Of a stretch of 64,000 bases of DNA, positions 48,368 through 58,855 are shown piece after piece. The stretch is from Alphaproteobacteria bacterium (lineage in GTDB: Bacteria; Pseudomonadota; Alphaproteobacteria; UBA2966): positions 160,001-224,000 of the forward strand of contig OZ219856.1 of NCBI GenBank assembly GCA_964291395.2. The letters run 5' to 3'. A model generated the notes under the pieces. The model was not told the origin of the DNA. It searched no databases and saw only the letters and a list, made by a program, of their open reading frames with translations. How positions within the stretch are numbered: position 1 is the first letter of the stretch; every line of letters begins with the position of its first letter. The position numbers and the translations under genes are program-made.

Positions 48368-50782
48368 CTAGTTGACGGCGGCGCCGCCGGGTTCGCCAAA
48401 TCGGCGCAGCCGCACCTCGGCAACGGCGTCGATCAGTGCGTCGGTATCGATGCCGTAGGTCCGATAGAGGTCCGCGACGCTCCCCGACTGCCCGAAATGA
48501 TCGACGCCCAGCGGTGCGATCGGGTGCCCGAGGACGGAGCCCAACCAGCTCAGCGTTGCGGGATGGGCATCGATGACCGTGACGATCGACGCTTCGGCCG
48601 ACAGGACGCCCAGCAACCGTTCCACGTGACTGAGGGCCCCGCGTGCCCCGGCATTGCGCTCCCGCATCGTGGTGCGCCAGTCCGTATGGAGCCGGTCGGC
48701 CGACGTGATCGCGAGCAGTCCCGCGTCAGGAATGTCGTCGATGAGGCTGGCGTGCGCCTCGACGGCTTCCGGCGCCACGGCGCCTGAGAACACGATCGCG
48801 AGATCGGCGTCCGGTCCGGGCTCCCGGTACCAGTAGCCGCCGGCCAGGATGTCCTTCTCCAATGCCGGCGTCATGGCCCGTTGGGGCTGTTCCAGCGGTC
48901 GCGTGGAGAGGCGCAGGTAGACCGAAGTCCCGTCGGGCTTCTGGATGTGCTCCATGGCCCAGCGCATGCTGACGGCGAGTTCGTCGACGAAGGCCGGCTC
49001 GAACGTGAGCAAGTTGTCCTGCGCCATGCCGACCAGCGTCGTGCCGACGGATTGGTGAGCTCCGCCTTCCGGCGCGAGCGTAACGCCCGAGGGCGTACCG
49101 ACCAGTATGAAACGGGCGTCCTGATAGCAAGCGTAATTGAGCGAGTCCAATCCCCGGCTGATGAAGGTGTCGTAGAGCGTCCCGATGGGAAGCAGGCGTG
49201 TTCCGAACATGTCCTCGGACAAGCCGAGCATGCAGAGCAGGAGGAACAGGTTGTTCTCCGCGATGCCCAGCTCGATATGCTGGCCGCCGGGGGACGCCTC
49301 CCACTTCTGGGCGGAGGTGATGTGCTCCAGACGGAACTGGTCCGAGCGCGTCTCGCGATCGAACAGGCCCCGTTGATTGACCCAGCCGCCCAGGTTGGTG
49401 GAGACCGTGACGTCCGGTGACGTCGTCACGATGCGGTTGGCCGCGTCGGAATCGCCCCGACCCAGATCGTTGAGGATGCGCCCGAACGATTCCTGAGTGG
49501 ACGTCCACTTGGCCTCGGGCACGGCGATCTCGGGAATGGCGATGACCGCGGGTTCCTGGCGGGTCCGGCGAACGTTGCGGTAGGGCACCGTGTTCAGAAA
49601 TTCGGTCATCTCTTCCGGACCCGGTCCCAGGCCCTCGAAGGGCTCCCACTCGCGGCCCTCCGCGACGTTGTTGGCCTCGCGGAAGCGCTGCATCTGTTCT
49701 CGGTTCATGAGACCGGCGTGGTTGTCCTTGTGGCCCGCAAACGGCAGACCGAGGCCTTTGATCGTGTAGGCGATGAAACACTGCGGCGTATCGTCGTCGA
49801 CCGCCTCGAATGCTCCCAGAACGCTCCTCATGTCATGGCCGGCGAGGTTGGTCATCAGGCGGTGGAGGCTGTCGTCGTCGTGGGAGTCGAGAAACTCCTT
49901 CGACCCCGACGTCCCTCTCAGATCACGCTTGAGATGGTCGCGCCAAGCCGCGCCCCCGGCGAACGTCAGCGCGGAGTACATCGGGTTGGGGCAATCGTCG
50001 ATCCAGCGCCGCAGCGCTTCTCCGGCCGGTCCCTCGAAGGCCTTTTGCAGGCGCGTGCCGTATTTCAGCGTGACGACGTTCCAGCCGACCGAGCGGAAGA
50101 AATCCTCGATCTTTTGGAAGAGGAACATGTTGATGACGCCGTCGAGACTCTGCCGGTTGTAGTCGATGATCCACCACAGGCTTCTGACGTCGTGCTTCCA
50201 ACCCTCCAGCAGCGCTTCGAAGACGTTGCCTTCATCGAGCTCGGCATCGCCCATCAGGGCGATCATGCGTCCCGCCGGCTGATTCGACTCCGCGAGTCCA
50301 TGCATGCGCAGATAGTCCCGAACCATCGACGCGAACAGGGTCGCTCCCACCCCGAGACCGACCGAACCCGTGGAGAAATCGACCGGGCAGGCGTCTTTCG
50401 TGCGCGACGGATACGACTGGGCGCCGCCGAACCCGCGGAACCGCTCGAGATTTTCGCGCGTCTGAAGGCCGAAGAGGTAGTGGATCGCGTGCATGACCGG
50501 CGATGCGTGCGGCTTGACCGCGATCCGGTCTTCCGGCTGCAGGATGCGCGCATAGAGCGCCGTCAACAGTGTGCTTGCGGAGGCACAGGAGGCCTGATGC
50601 CCGCCCACCTTCACGCCATCGTCGTTGGGCCGGATGTGATTGGCGTTGTGGATCATCCACGTGGCCAGCCACAGGACCTTGCGATCGAGCGCCTCAAGTC
50701 GCTGGAGGAGCACGCCGCGCTTCTGATCGGCGCCTCCATCGGACTGCTTCGGCGAGCGGGCCGCCGAACGTCGGGTTGCCAT
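48368..50782 (-). CDS. TPP-dependent AceE/transketolase-like 2-oxoacid dehydrogenase E1
   Basis: KVGGHQASCAS, DFSTGSVGLG, GDAELDEG...N, ELGIAENN, LAPEGGAHQS. Confidence 0.88.
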   Translation of the reverse strand: MATRRSAARSPKQSDGGADQKRGVLLQRLEALDRKVLWLATWMIHNANHIRPNDDGVKVGGHQASCASASTLLTALYARILQPEDRIAVKPHASPVMHAIHYLFGLQTRENLERFRGFGGAQSYPSRTKDACPVDFSTGSVGLGVGATLFASMVRDYLRMHGLAESNQPAGRMIALMGDAELDEGNVFEALLEGWKHDVRSLWWIIDYNRQSLDGVINMFLFQKIEDFFRSVGWNVVTLKYGTRLQKAFEGPAGEALRRWIDDCPNPMYSALTFAGGAAWRDHLKRDLRGTSGSKEFLDSHDDDSLHRLMTNLAGHDMRSVLGAFEAVDDDTPQCFIAYTIKGLGLPFAGHKDNHAGLMNREQMQRFREANNVAEGREWEPFEGLGPGPEEMTEFLNTVPYRNVRRTRQEPAVIAIPEIAVPEAKWTSTQESFGRILNDLGRGDSDAANRIVTTSPDVTVSTNLGGWVNQRGLFDRETRSDQFRLEHITSAQKWEASPGGQHIELGIAENNLFLLLCMLGLSEDMFGTRLLPIGTLYDTFISRGLDSLNYACYQDARFILVGTPSGVTLAPEGGAHQSVGTTLVGMAQDNLLTFEPAFVDELAVSMRWAMEHIQKPDGTSVYLRLSTRPLEQPQRAMTPALEKDILAGGYWYREPGPDADLAIVFSGAVAPEAVEAHASLIDDIPDAGLLAITSADRLHTDWRTTMRERNAGARGALSHVERLLGVLSAEASIVTVIDAHPATLSWLGSVLGHPIAPLGVDHFGQSGSVADLYRTYGIDTDALIDAVAEVRLRRFGEPGGAAVN

Positions 50783-50788
50783 GGTCCT

Positions 50789-51184
50789 TCAATCCGGGAC
50801 TTGGAGGATCCTGTATTCGATGAGATCCCTGAGACTGATGATACCCTCGATCTTACGGTCCTCGATGACCGGCACGTGCCGGAAATGACGTTCCGTCATC
50901 ATCTTGATGACGTCGTTGATATCGTCTTCGAGACCGCAGCTCACGACCGTCGTCGTCATCACTTCCCCGACTTCCATGGAGAGCAGTTTCTCCCGATCCG
51001 AAGCCAGGCCGTGCACCACGTCGCGCTCGGAGAAGATGCCGATGATGACGCCCTCCCAGTTGCGCACCATGACGGCGCCGACTTCCTCCTTGGTCAGCAG
51101 ATCGGCGACTTCCTGCACGGTCTTTTCCGGAGTGGTCGCCACCACCCGAGGTTCGTGCATCGCGAGTACGTCTTTGACTTTCAC
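50789..51184 (-). CDS. CBS domain-pair protein
   Basis: GIFSERDVV, RHVPVIE, GIISLRDL. Confidence 0.88.
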   Translation of the reverse strand: MKVKDVLAMHEPRVVATTPEKTVQEVADLLTKEEVGAVMVRNWEGVIIGIFSERDVVHGLASDREKLLSMEVGEVMTTTVVSCGLEDDINDVIKMMTERHFRHVPVIEDRKIEGIISLRDLIEYRILQVPD

Positions 51185-51369
51185 GTTCCCTTTCGCCCCC
51201 TGGCGTGCACGAGCGATCCAGGCGGTCCCGACCCTGCGCATGCACGGGCAAAACGCGAGCACGCCTTGCTCCGGCGGAATTCTGTCCTCCCTGCGCCCGG
51301 GGAACAAGCCGCCGGCTTCGCCTACTATCGAATACAATATACCATCGGGAACGCGGCCGTGGCCCGCCG

Positions 51370-52209
51370 TTACTCGAGCAGGAACCCCTGCCGGCGGACG
51401 AATGCCCCGAAATCGTCCCGCTCGGGTTTCGAAACCTGCCGGGCCTTGTCCTCGGACCAGCCGTAAAATTCGGCCGTTCCGTAATCTTCGACGTATTTCT
51501 GCTTTTCGTCCGGGATCGCGTAACGGGCATCGCGGCGGTGGTCATAGTCGTCGAGGCCCCGCTCCAGCGCTTCGTCGTCATAGGTATCGACGTGGACCGT
51601 CGCCGACAGGGGCAGGCGCATGCTGACGTGGGCCCGGGCCGACGGATAGCCGAGACACAGTCCCGCCACCGGGAACACCCAGTTCGGCAACTGCAGGGTC
51701 TCGGACACCCGGGTGGCATGATTCCTGATGACGCTGATGGGACAGCAACCGAGGCCCCTGGACTCGGCGGCCGTGATCAGATTCTGCATCACGATGGCCG
51801 CATCGATGGCGGCGTTGAAGAATGCATCGAGATGATCGTTGGCGAACGGGCGGCCCCGCCGCGCGCAAATTCGGCGAATGCGACGGGAGTCGCCGCAAAA
51901 CACCATGAATTCCGGTGCCGCGCCGATCCAGGGCATGCCGGGGATGAGCTCGGCGATGCTCTGCCGTTTATCCTCGTCGATCACCCGCACCACGGTCGCC
52001 TGCTGCAGGTCTGACTTCGAAGGTGCCGAGTACGCGCAAGCCAGCAGCACCTCCATCAGGGCGTCCGGCACGGGATCCGGAAGGAACCGCCGATGGGTGC
52101 GGTGCGAGAGCAATGTCGTGATGACTTCGTTCGCGTCGTCGTCGCCGGACGCGGCGTCCATGTCGTGCCCGAACCGTTGGGTGTATAGCTCCGCGATCGT
52201 CTGCGTCAT
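51370..52209 (-). CDS. NfsA/Frp-type nitroreductase
   Basis: HRTHRRF, SAPSKSDLQ, AAESRGLGCCPI, RLP. Confidence 0.9.
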   Translation of the reverse strand: MTQTIAELYTQRFGHDMDAASGDDDANEVITTLLSHRTHRRFLPDPVPDALMEVLLACAYSAPSKSDLQQATVVRVIDEDKRQSIAELIPGMPWIGAAPEFMVFCGDSRRIRRICARRGRPFANDHLDAFFNAAIDAAIVMQNLITAAESRGLGCCPISVIRNHATRVSETLQLPNWVFPVAGLCLGYPSARAHVSMRLPLSATVHVDTYDDEALERGLDDYDHRRDARYAIPDEKQKYVEDYGTAEFYGWSEDKARQVSKPERDDFGAFVRRQGFLLE

Positions 52210-52322
52210 GCCTGATGGTGCTCCGCCGTAGTCGGCCGGCCGGTTCCGTGCGCCGGTTCATGTCTATTCGCAGGGAGTAAACGCGATGTCATAGTGGGAG
52301 TCACGCGGCAGCAAAGGAGGAC

Positions 52323-52817
52323 GTGATGCAGGACCTGGGATCGATGGCGCAATCCGTGGCCGCCAAGCTCAAGGAACGGGGAGAGACGGTTTCCGTCACC
52401 GAATCGTCCGGCGGAGGCCTGATCTCCGCCGCGCTCCTCTCCATCCCGGGAGCTTCCGCCTACTTCATGGGTGGCGGCGTGATTTACACGCACGAGGCGC
52501 GCCGGGGCTTGCTCGGGGTTCCGGAGGAGGCGATGAGTGGATTGCGTTCGAGCACCGAGCCTTACGCGCACCTGCTGGCGACCCGCATGAACGGGATTCT
52601 CGGCACGACGTGGACCGTGAGCGAGACGGGCGCGTCGGGACCTGCCGGCAATTCCTATGGCGACAAGCCGGGACACTCCTGTATCGCGGTGGTCGGACCG
52701 CTGAAACGGACGATGACGCTCGAGACCGGCGACGACGACCGGGTGGCCAACATGTGGGTCTTCGCGCGGACGGCCCTCGACTTCCTCGAACAGTGCATCG
52801 ACGACACGGCCGATTGA
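52323..52817 (+). CDS. CinA C-terminal/PncC family protein
   Basis: VTESSGGGLIS, PGASAYF, ETGASGP. Confidence 0.88.
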   Translation: MMQDLGSMAQSVAAKLKERGETVSVTESSGGGLISAALLSIPGASAYFMGGGVIYTHEARRGLLGVPEEAMSGLRSSTEPYAHLLATRMNGILGTTWTVSETGASGPAGNSYGDKPGHSCIAVVGPLKRTMTLETGDDDRVANMWVFARTALDFLEQCIDDTAD

Positions 52818-52832
52818 GGACTGAACGGTCCC

Positions 52833-53579
52833 GTGGACCCGTTCGCCGCCCTGTCCCTCGACCCCACGGCCTTCATGTTCGCGGCGGCCATGGCCGCCGC
52901 CGCCGGCTTGATACGCGGTTTCTCGGGATTTGGAGCCACGATGACCCTGGCGCCATCGCTCAGCCTGGTGATGCCGCCGCCGGAAGCCGTCGCGGTCGCG
53001 TTGACGATGGAGGTCGCGGGCGCCTCGCAGTTGTTTTCCCGCGCGGCACGTGAGGCCGACTGGCGGGAGTTCGCGCCGTTGACGCTCGCCGCCTGCGCCA
53101 TCGCTCCGTTCGGAAGCTATCTGCTCGTCACCTTGGACGCAGGCCTCACCAGACGGATGATCGGGGCAACGGTGCTCATCTTCGTTTTCGTCATGCTCTC
53201 CGGGTACCGCTTCAAAGGCCGGCCGAGCATGACCGCCTCCGTTTCCGTCGGCGGCCTCGGAGGCTTGCTGCTCGGCAGCACGGGTGTCGGCGGCCCGCCG
53301 GTCATCCTCTATCTGTTGTCCACGCCGTCGCCGGTCCAGGTCCAACGGGCCAACATCATCATCCACATCGGGCTCACGTCCGCCGCCTTGCTCGTGCTGC
53401 TGTGGCTGCATCAAGCGTTGGGCATCGTGTCCCTGTGGCGAAGCCTCGTGCTGTTTCCCGTCCTGCTCGCCGCGAACTGGGCAGGGGCGCGCCTGTTCGG
53501 GTTTGCCAGTGAAGCCCTGTTCCGGCGCTTCGCCCTGATCTTCCTTGCCTGCGTGGGATTTGTCGCGCTGACCGTATGA
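52833..53579 (+). CDS. TauE/SafE family membrane protein
   Basis: IRGFSGFG and GVGGPP motifs; hydrophobic. Confidence 0.88.
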   Translation: MDPFAALSLDPTAFMFAAAMAAAAGLIRGFSGFGATMTLAPSLSLVMPPPEAVAVALTMEVAGASQLFSRAAREADWREFAPLTLAACAIAPFGSYLLVTLDAGLTRRMIGATVLIFVFVMLSGYRFKGRPSMTASVSVGGLGGLLLGSTGVGGPPVILYLLSTPSPVQVQRANIIIHIGLTSAALLVLLWLHQALGIVSLWRSLVLFPVLLAANWAGARLFGFASEALFRRFALIFLACVGFVALTV

Positions 53580-53587
53580 GAGGCGGA

Positions 53588-54370
53588 TCAGAAAATGCCG
53601 TCTCGCACGCCCGTGGCGATGAAGCCACCGTCGACGTTGAGGACGTGCCCGGTGATCCACGCGGCATCGTCGCTCGCGAGCATGAAGGCGGCATTGGCGA
53701 TGTCTTCCGGCTGACCCAAGCGTCCCATGGGAATGTTGGTGAGATAGCCGGATTCGGCGGCTTCTTCATCGGGATTGGCCGCCAGCCACAGCTCCGTCTT
53801 CACGGGCCCCGGCGCGATCGAATTGATCGTGACACCATGCGGCGAAATCTCCCCGGACATGTGCTTGGTCAGCGCGATCACGGCCCCTTTCGTCGTGCCG
53901 TAGGACATGCGCCGGTCGCCGGAGCGCTGCCCCATGACGGAGGAGACGGTGATGATGCGGCCGGACTTCTGCTTGATCATCTGACGCGCCGCGATTTGGG
54001 CACAGAGGAAGGTGCCCGTCACGTTGACGTCGAGCTGGCGCTGCCAGACCTCGTCGGTGCAGTCCATCGCCGGTCCGAACAGCGCGACGCCGGCGAAGAT
54101 CGCCATGACGTCGATGCGACCGTGATCGTTGACCGTCGACGACACGAGATCCTCGACGTCCGGGCGCTTGGTAACATCCATGACGACCGCGGACGCCCGC
54201 CCTCCGGCGGCTTCGATCTTCCCGGCAACGCCCTCGGCGAGGTCCTTGTCCAGATCCGCCACGATGACGATGGCCCCTTCCCTGGCATAGCGATGGCATG
54301 TGGCCTTGCCCAGCCCGCGGCCGCCCCCGACCACGACGGTTACCCTGTCCAGAAGCCTTTGATCACTCAT
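53588..54370 (-). CDS. Short-chain dehydrogenase/reductase
   Basis: GGGRGLG, YGTTK, NSIAPG, VDGG. Confidence 0.92.
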   Translation of the reverse strand: MSDQRLLDRVTVVVGGGRGLGKATCHRYAREGAIVIVADLDKDLAEGVAGKIEAAGGRASAVVMDVTKRPDVEDLVSSTVNDHGRIDVMAIFAGVALFGPAMDCTDEVWQRQLDVNVTGTFLCAQIAARQMIKQKSGRIITVSSVMGQRSGDRRMSYGTTKGAVIALTKHMSGEISPHGVTINSIAPGPVKTELWLAANPDEEAAESGYLTNIPMGRLGQPEDIANAAFMLASDDAAWITGHVLNVDGGFIATGVRDGIF

Positions 54371-54576
54371 TTCGATTCTCCCCTTCGACATCGTGCTGCG
54401 GCCATCAACCACAACTGCGGGGGTGGCTTCAAGGTTCCGGGCCGAATCGGCCGGTCTCGAAGGTTTGACGCCGGGGCGGTTCCGGTGCAGCTTGCGGGTA
54501 CCCAAGCCGCGGGGTGGGGTGTCGCCGGACATCCCCGCCCGGTAGCTGATCGGATGGCGGAAATGGAGGCCGCGCC

Positions 54577-54882
54577 ATGAGCGGACGCGCACACGGCACT
54601 CTCCGCCTCACCGCCGAGCATGCCGCCTTTGAAGCCAGGGAGATCGAGCGCCTCGGCGAGGAGGCGGCGCGTGAGAAAAGGCGGCGGCAGTGGCGCAAGA
54701 TCTTCGAGGAGCGCGCCCCGCTGGTGGCCCGTCTGCTGGAGGGGCCGACGCCGGACGAGCGCGCCGAGATCTTGCGCCGGATCGGCGAGATCAACGCCGA
54801 AATCCACGCCGAGATCGACGCCGAGAAACGCGCCCAGGAAACGTGGGAGCGGGCGGGACGGCCGGCGCCGGCAGCGGTGTGA
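54577..54882 (+). CDS. Hypothetical helical protein
   Basis: GGAGG RBS; E/R/A-rich; internal INAE-IHAE-IDAE repeat. Confidence 0.55.
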   Translation: MSGRAHGTLRLTAEHAAFEAREIERLGEEAAREKRRRQWRKIFEERAPLVARLLEGPTPDERAEILRRIGEINAEIHAEIDAEKRAQETWERAGRPAPAAV

Positions 54883-55012
54883 GGCCTGAAGGAACAGGTC
54901 GCCAGATCGAGCCTGGAGAACCTCCCGCTCAGAAAAACATACGCGGAACCGGGGACGGCGTGTCGAAGCTTCAGCCGCCTCTATGGTCCAATCCGCCCGA
55001 ACCGCCGGTGAG

Positions 55013-55699
55013 TCAGCCGGCGAGTCTCACGTTCTGCGGGAACATGTGACGCCGGGCCTCGTCATCCATCTCGGTCTTGAACGCATGGCGGTCCCTGAGG
55101 GCGTTCGCCCGCTCGGCCGCGGGGCGCGCACTGATTTCATCCACCAGCCGTTCGAGGTTGGGCATTTTCGGGAAGGCGTCCTCACCCAGGACGAACGGCA
55201 CCATGCGGGCCCAGCCCCACAGCGCCATGTCGACGATCGTGTACGTCTCGCCCAGCATGTAGGAATTCTCTCCGAGATGCCGGTCGAGAATTCCGTAGTG
55301 ACGCTCCGCTTCGAAGTCGTAGCGGTTGATGGCGTAGGGAAGTTCCTCCGGCGCATGATGCTTGAAATGAACGGCCTGTCCCGAATAGGGACCCACGCCC
55401 GTGGCTACGAACATCAGCCAGGACAGCAGCCGGGCCCGCATCTCCGGCGTGTCGTCCGGCAGGAATTTTCCCGTCTTCTCCGCCAGATACAGAAGGATGG
55501 CATTGCTGTCGAACACCGCAACGCCGTCATCGACGATAGCCGGCGCCTTCGCATTCGGGTTGATCGCAAGGTATTCGGGCCGGTGCTGATCGCCGAGGCG
55601 GGTATCGAGCGGCACCGGCTCGTACGCCAAACCCGCCTCTTCGAGGAACAAAGCCACCTTCATCGGATTGGGAGCGGCGTTGTAGTAGAACTTAAGCAT
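55013..55699 (-). CDS. Glutathione S-transferase (YfcG-like)
   Basis: APNPMKV, INPNAKAPAI, FDSNAILLYLAEK, YTIVDM. Confidence 0.92.
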   Translation of the reverse strand: MLKFYYNAAPNPMKVALFLEEAGLAYEPVPLDTRLGDQHRPEYLAINPNAKAPAIVDDGVAVFDSNAILLYLAEKTGKFLPDDTPEMRARLLSWLMFVATGVGPYSGQAVHFKHHAPEELPYAINRYDFEAERHYGILDRHLGENSYMLGETYTIVDMALWGWARMVPFVLGEDAFPKMPNLERLVDEISARPAAERANALRDRHAFKTEMDDEARRHMFPQNVRLAG

Positions 55700-55885
55700 G
55701 TCTGACCTTTCATTTTGCCGGCCCATTTGGACGAAACCGGCGGGTCTCTCAGGATACGCTCGGTCCCTGGGCTCCCCTGGCGGCGCCCAGGCCGCCGGAG
55801 GTAACGGGCACACAACCCTCCAGCGGCTATCAACATCTCTGGACGCGATGTCCGACTTCGACCCCCAGGATCCGTACCGGTACGA

Positions 55886-58483
55886 CTACCAGTAGAGGCC
55901 GCCGCGCAGCATGACGCCACGGTCGGTCGCGCCGCGCGCCCGCCGGCTGTGCACGCCTTCCAGGCTCATGTGTACCGACGGCCCGATGTCGAGCCGCCCG
56001 CCAAGGCTCAGCCGCCGTGACCCTTCCCCCGACAGCGACGCGTCGGTGTAGGGCGTCAGCACGCCTCGACCGGCGTCGATGCCGTAGGCGATCCGCGCAT
56101 TCAGCCGCCCGGCCGCCTGGTTGTCCGGTGCCGCTCCTCCGGTCGCCCCGGCCTCCCACAACCGTTGCACGCCGCTCGCCGTCCGGCCCCACGCCGGCTG
56201 CACGCTGAGCGCAAGCCCCAGGCCCCCCGCGCCGGGATCGAGCCGCACAAGCCCGCTCACACCCCACTCCTCGTAATCGCCGCCATGGGACAGCAGCGTC
56301 CGGGCCCGGCCCTCGAGGGTCAGCCCCGACGCCGCGTCGGCATAACGCAGGCCGCCCCCGGTCTCGACACCGTTGCCGGTCTCGCCGTCTCCGCCGTCAT
56401 GCCGCATGCCGATCTCGAGCGACGGCGTGAACGTTGCCCCTGAGGCGAGTTCCTGGACATGGGACCCTTCCAATGTCAGACGCTGCCGGCTGGCATTCAA
56501 CGTCATGCTCCGGAGGGTCCCCGAGCCATCGATGTCGGCCCGCGTGAACGCCGTCTCGCCTTTCAGCCGCAAGCTCGTGGTGCCGCCCTCGATCACCTGA
56601 TCGCTGGCCATCAGCGGCCCGCTCACGCCCGCCGCCACCATCTGCTGCGTCAGGTCGCTCGCTTCCCTGCCCGTCGAGCCGTCGATTTCAACCTCGCCCG
56701 AGCCAAAGCCGGCCGTGGCCCACAGGTTCATGCCCCCCGGCGACTGCCAGCCCACGTAGGGGTTGACGCTCGTCAGGGTGGTCGTGAGCTCACCCGTCTG
56801 GGCGTCGGTGTCCGTGTAATCCACCGTCCCTTGCGCCCGCGCCACCGACATCCCCGCCAGCAGGTTCGCGCTCAGCCTGGTATCGATCCCGAGGTTGGCG
56901 CTCACCACGTTGCCGTCGTAGTCCACGCTCTGACGGCCGCCGCCGGAGAGGTTGCGGTAGTCCCCGCTTCCCCAGAGCGTCAGGTCTCCGAACGGGCCGT
57001 TCCCCCAGGAACCCGCCGCGTTGAGCGGCAGGGTGAAGGACGAGCCCGCCAGCAGCCGGCTGGGATCGAACGTGCCGATCTGCAGGGCCCGCCCGTGTGT
57101 CAGGAGGATATCGGAGAGGGTGGAGGCGCCGGCGAGTTTGAGCTCTTTGGCCGGCAGGCTGTCCGACGTCGCCTGCCGGATGCGGCCCGAGACGGCGTCG
57201 ACGGTGCTCGCCGTCATGGCCCGCATGACCTGCGGCAGCACAGACTCGATGACCGCGTTTCCGCCCTCCGCGACCGCCTCGGTTGAGCTCCCATAAAATC
57301 CCGACCCGATGATGTAATGGAGTGGGACTACACTTCCGTCCGGCCTCTGGAGTTGACCGGTGAACTCGCGGGCGTAGCCCACTTTGGGGATGTCGGCCCT
57401 GTCGCTGTCGTCGGCGGGGTCGTCCCAGAAATACTCCACGAAGCCGCCCTCGGGGCTGCTCCGTGCCGCCGCGATGACCTGCGGCAGAACGAGTTCTCCG
57501 GTCACGGCGTCTCGGACGGTCGGTATCAGAGGCCGATATTCGAATCTGTCCGGGAACGCTGCGTGAAACGAGATGACGTTGCTGACAGTATCCAGAACGT
57601 AGAGATACACGGAACCGTGCCTCCAGGGCCCGTTCGGATCCCGCAACGCAATCCTGGCTTTTGAGGCAGCGGCTGCATCGCCGGTCCTCACGATTTCAAG
57701 AAAGTAATTTCCTGCTTGCGCGACGAAGGCCTTCAGGGTTTCCCGGTCCACCACGTCCCTGGCGGTTACGGCCGGATCGCCGTAGTCGATCTCTTCTGGA
57801 GCCAGGTGAGATGCGTTGAGATCGAATCCCGCGAGCAACACGATCGGAGACCCAAGCTCAGACGAGACGTAGACGCTGGCGTAGCCGGAGGCACCGGTGA
57901 TGCCCGGCCGCACTCCCGGTATAGGGACGGTGGCGTCGAACGGAGCATCCGGTTCTTGCGACAATGTGGCGATGAGCGCAGCTACGGCGCTGTTGCGCAT
58001 GCCGGGATCGGGAGACGTCAGGTTGGCCAGATCCGTTGGGGAGACGCCCAGCGCAGAGAGAATCTCTGCATAAATCGCGGGGCTGAGTTGCCTGCCCGAC
58101 AGTGCCATGTCCTTCGCGTGAATGAACACCCTGCCGTCGAGCGTCAGGCTCACGAGGTAGGTAGAACCGGAACGCCAGGGCCCGCCCTCCTGCCTTACGA
58201 GACATGCAATATATGGCCCTTGCCCCACGGTCGTGGCCCCCTGGGCATGTTCTCTGGACCGCTCTCTCGCGTCCAGCGCGAAGTCCATCAGGCTGCCGGT
58301 GCCGTTTTCCACCTGTTGCGCCGTCACACGCGGGGCCTCGACAGGAGTCGCGCCGGCGGGGAGTGGGCAAGCTTCCTGCGTCTGCGCAAAGGCGGGGCGC
58401 GTATCGGAAAAGACGCCGGCCAGCACGAAAAGGCCGACAACAAGAACCATCGATGTCGGGGTGGGCAATGTCCCGGTTCTCAT
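55886..58483 (-). CDS. Autotransporter-like outer-membrane protein with two Cache-like passenger repeats
   Basis: Signal peptide ending AFA; repeats GPWRSGSTYL and GPWRHGSVYL, with GGFVEYFWDDP...KVGYA; C-terminal amphipathic beta strands ending in W. Confidence 0.75.
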   Translation of the reverse strand: MRTGTLPTPTSMVLVVGLFVLAGVFSDTRPAFAQTQEACPLPAGATPVEAPRVTAQQVENGTGSLMDFALDARERSREHAQGATTVGQGPYIACLVRQEGGPWRSGSTYLVSLTLDGRVFIHAKDMALSGRQLSPAIYAEILSALGVSPTDLANLTSPDPGMRNSAVAALIATLSQEPDAPFDATVPIPGVRPGITGASGYASVYVSSELGSPIVLLAGFDLNASHLAPEEIDYGDPAVTARDVVDRETLKAFVAQAGNYFLEIVRTGDAAAASKARIALRDPNGPWRHGSVYLYVLDTVSNVISFHAAFPDRFEYRPLIPTVRDAVTGELVLPQVIAAARSSPEGGFVEYFWDDPADDSDRADIPKVGYAREFTGQLQRPDGSVVPLHYIIGSGFYGSSTEAVAEGGNAVIESVLPQVMRAMTASTVDAVSGRIRQATSDSLPAKELKLAGASTLSDILLTHGRALQIGTFDPSRLLAGSSFTLPLNAAGSWGNGPFGDLTLWGSGDYRNLSGGGRQSVDYDGNVVSANLGIDTRLSANLLAGMSVARAQGTVDYTDTDAQTGELTTTLTSVNPYVGWQSPGGMNLWATAGFGSGEVEIDGSTGREASDLTQQMVAAGVSGPLMASDQVIEGGTTSLRLKGETAFTRADIDGSGTLRSMTLNASRQRLTLEGSHVQELASGATFTPSLEIGMRHDGGDGETGNGVETGGGLRYADAASGLTLEGRARTLLSHGGDYEEWGVSGLVRLDPGAGGLGLALSVQPAWGRTASGVQRLWEAGATGGAAPDNQAAGRLNARIAYGIDAGRGVLTPYTDASLSGEGSRRLSLGGRLDIGPSVHMSLEGVHSRRARGATDRGVMLRGGLYW

Positions 58484-58528
58484 CCTGAAGGTCCCTTTGC
58501 TCCGAAAGGCAAACATGTGACTTGCCCC

Positions 58529-58571
58529 TGATCCGCCCCGACTAACCGGTCCGGTTTGAATGTTAGTGCAT
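58529..58571 (-). mobile_element. Isolated IS3-family-like right end, no transposase
   Basis: Minus strand ATGCACTAACATTCAAACCGGACCGGTTAGTCGGGGCGGATCA resembles, from recall, alphaproteobacterial IS407-group 3' ends terminating in CA. Confidence 0.5.
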
Positions 58572-58855
58572 AAAACTGCTTCAGATGGGCAAGGCGTAAC
58601 ATCGGCGTCCCATCATCTCTGCCACCGACCAGTATGATGTAGCCTTCGGCCGATTGCACGCGCCAGCCGTCCGGCCGCCTCGCCCGGTATGGCATCATCG
58701 GGATGAGTGTATCGGTCGGTGGGAGTCTGTCGTCCGCGCCTCCGACCATCCGGTTCCCGGCGCGAGACTTGGCATAAATCCCGAAATTTGGCACACACCG
58801 CCTGCGACCCGACATTATGCCGTGCGCGCGGCATCGCAATCCGGAGACCGAACCC

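Noticed and set aside
54781-54830. 12-bp imperfect tandem repeats
   Set aside because: Explained as in-frame coding repeats (INAE/IHAE/IDAE) in a small hypothetical gene
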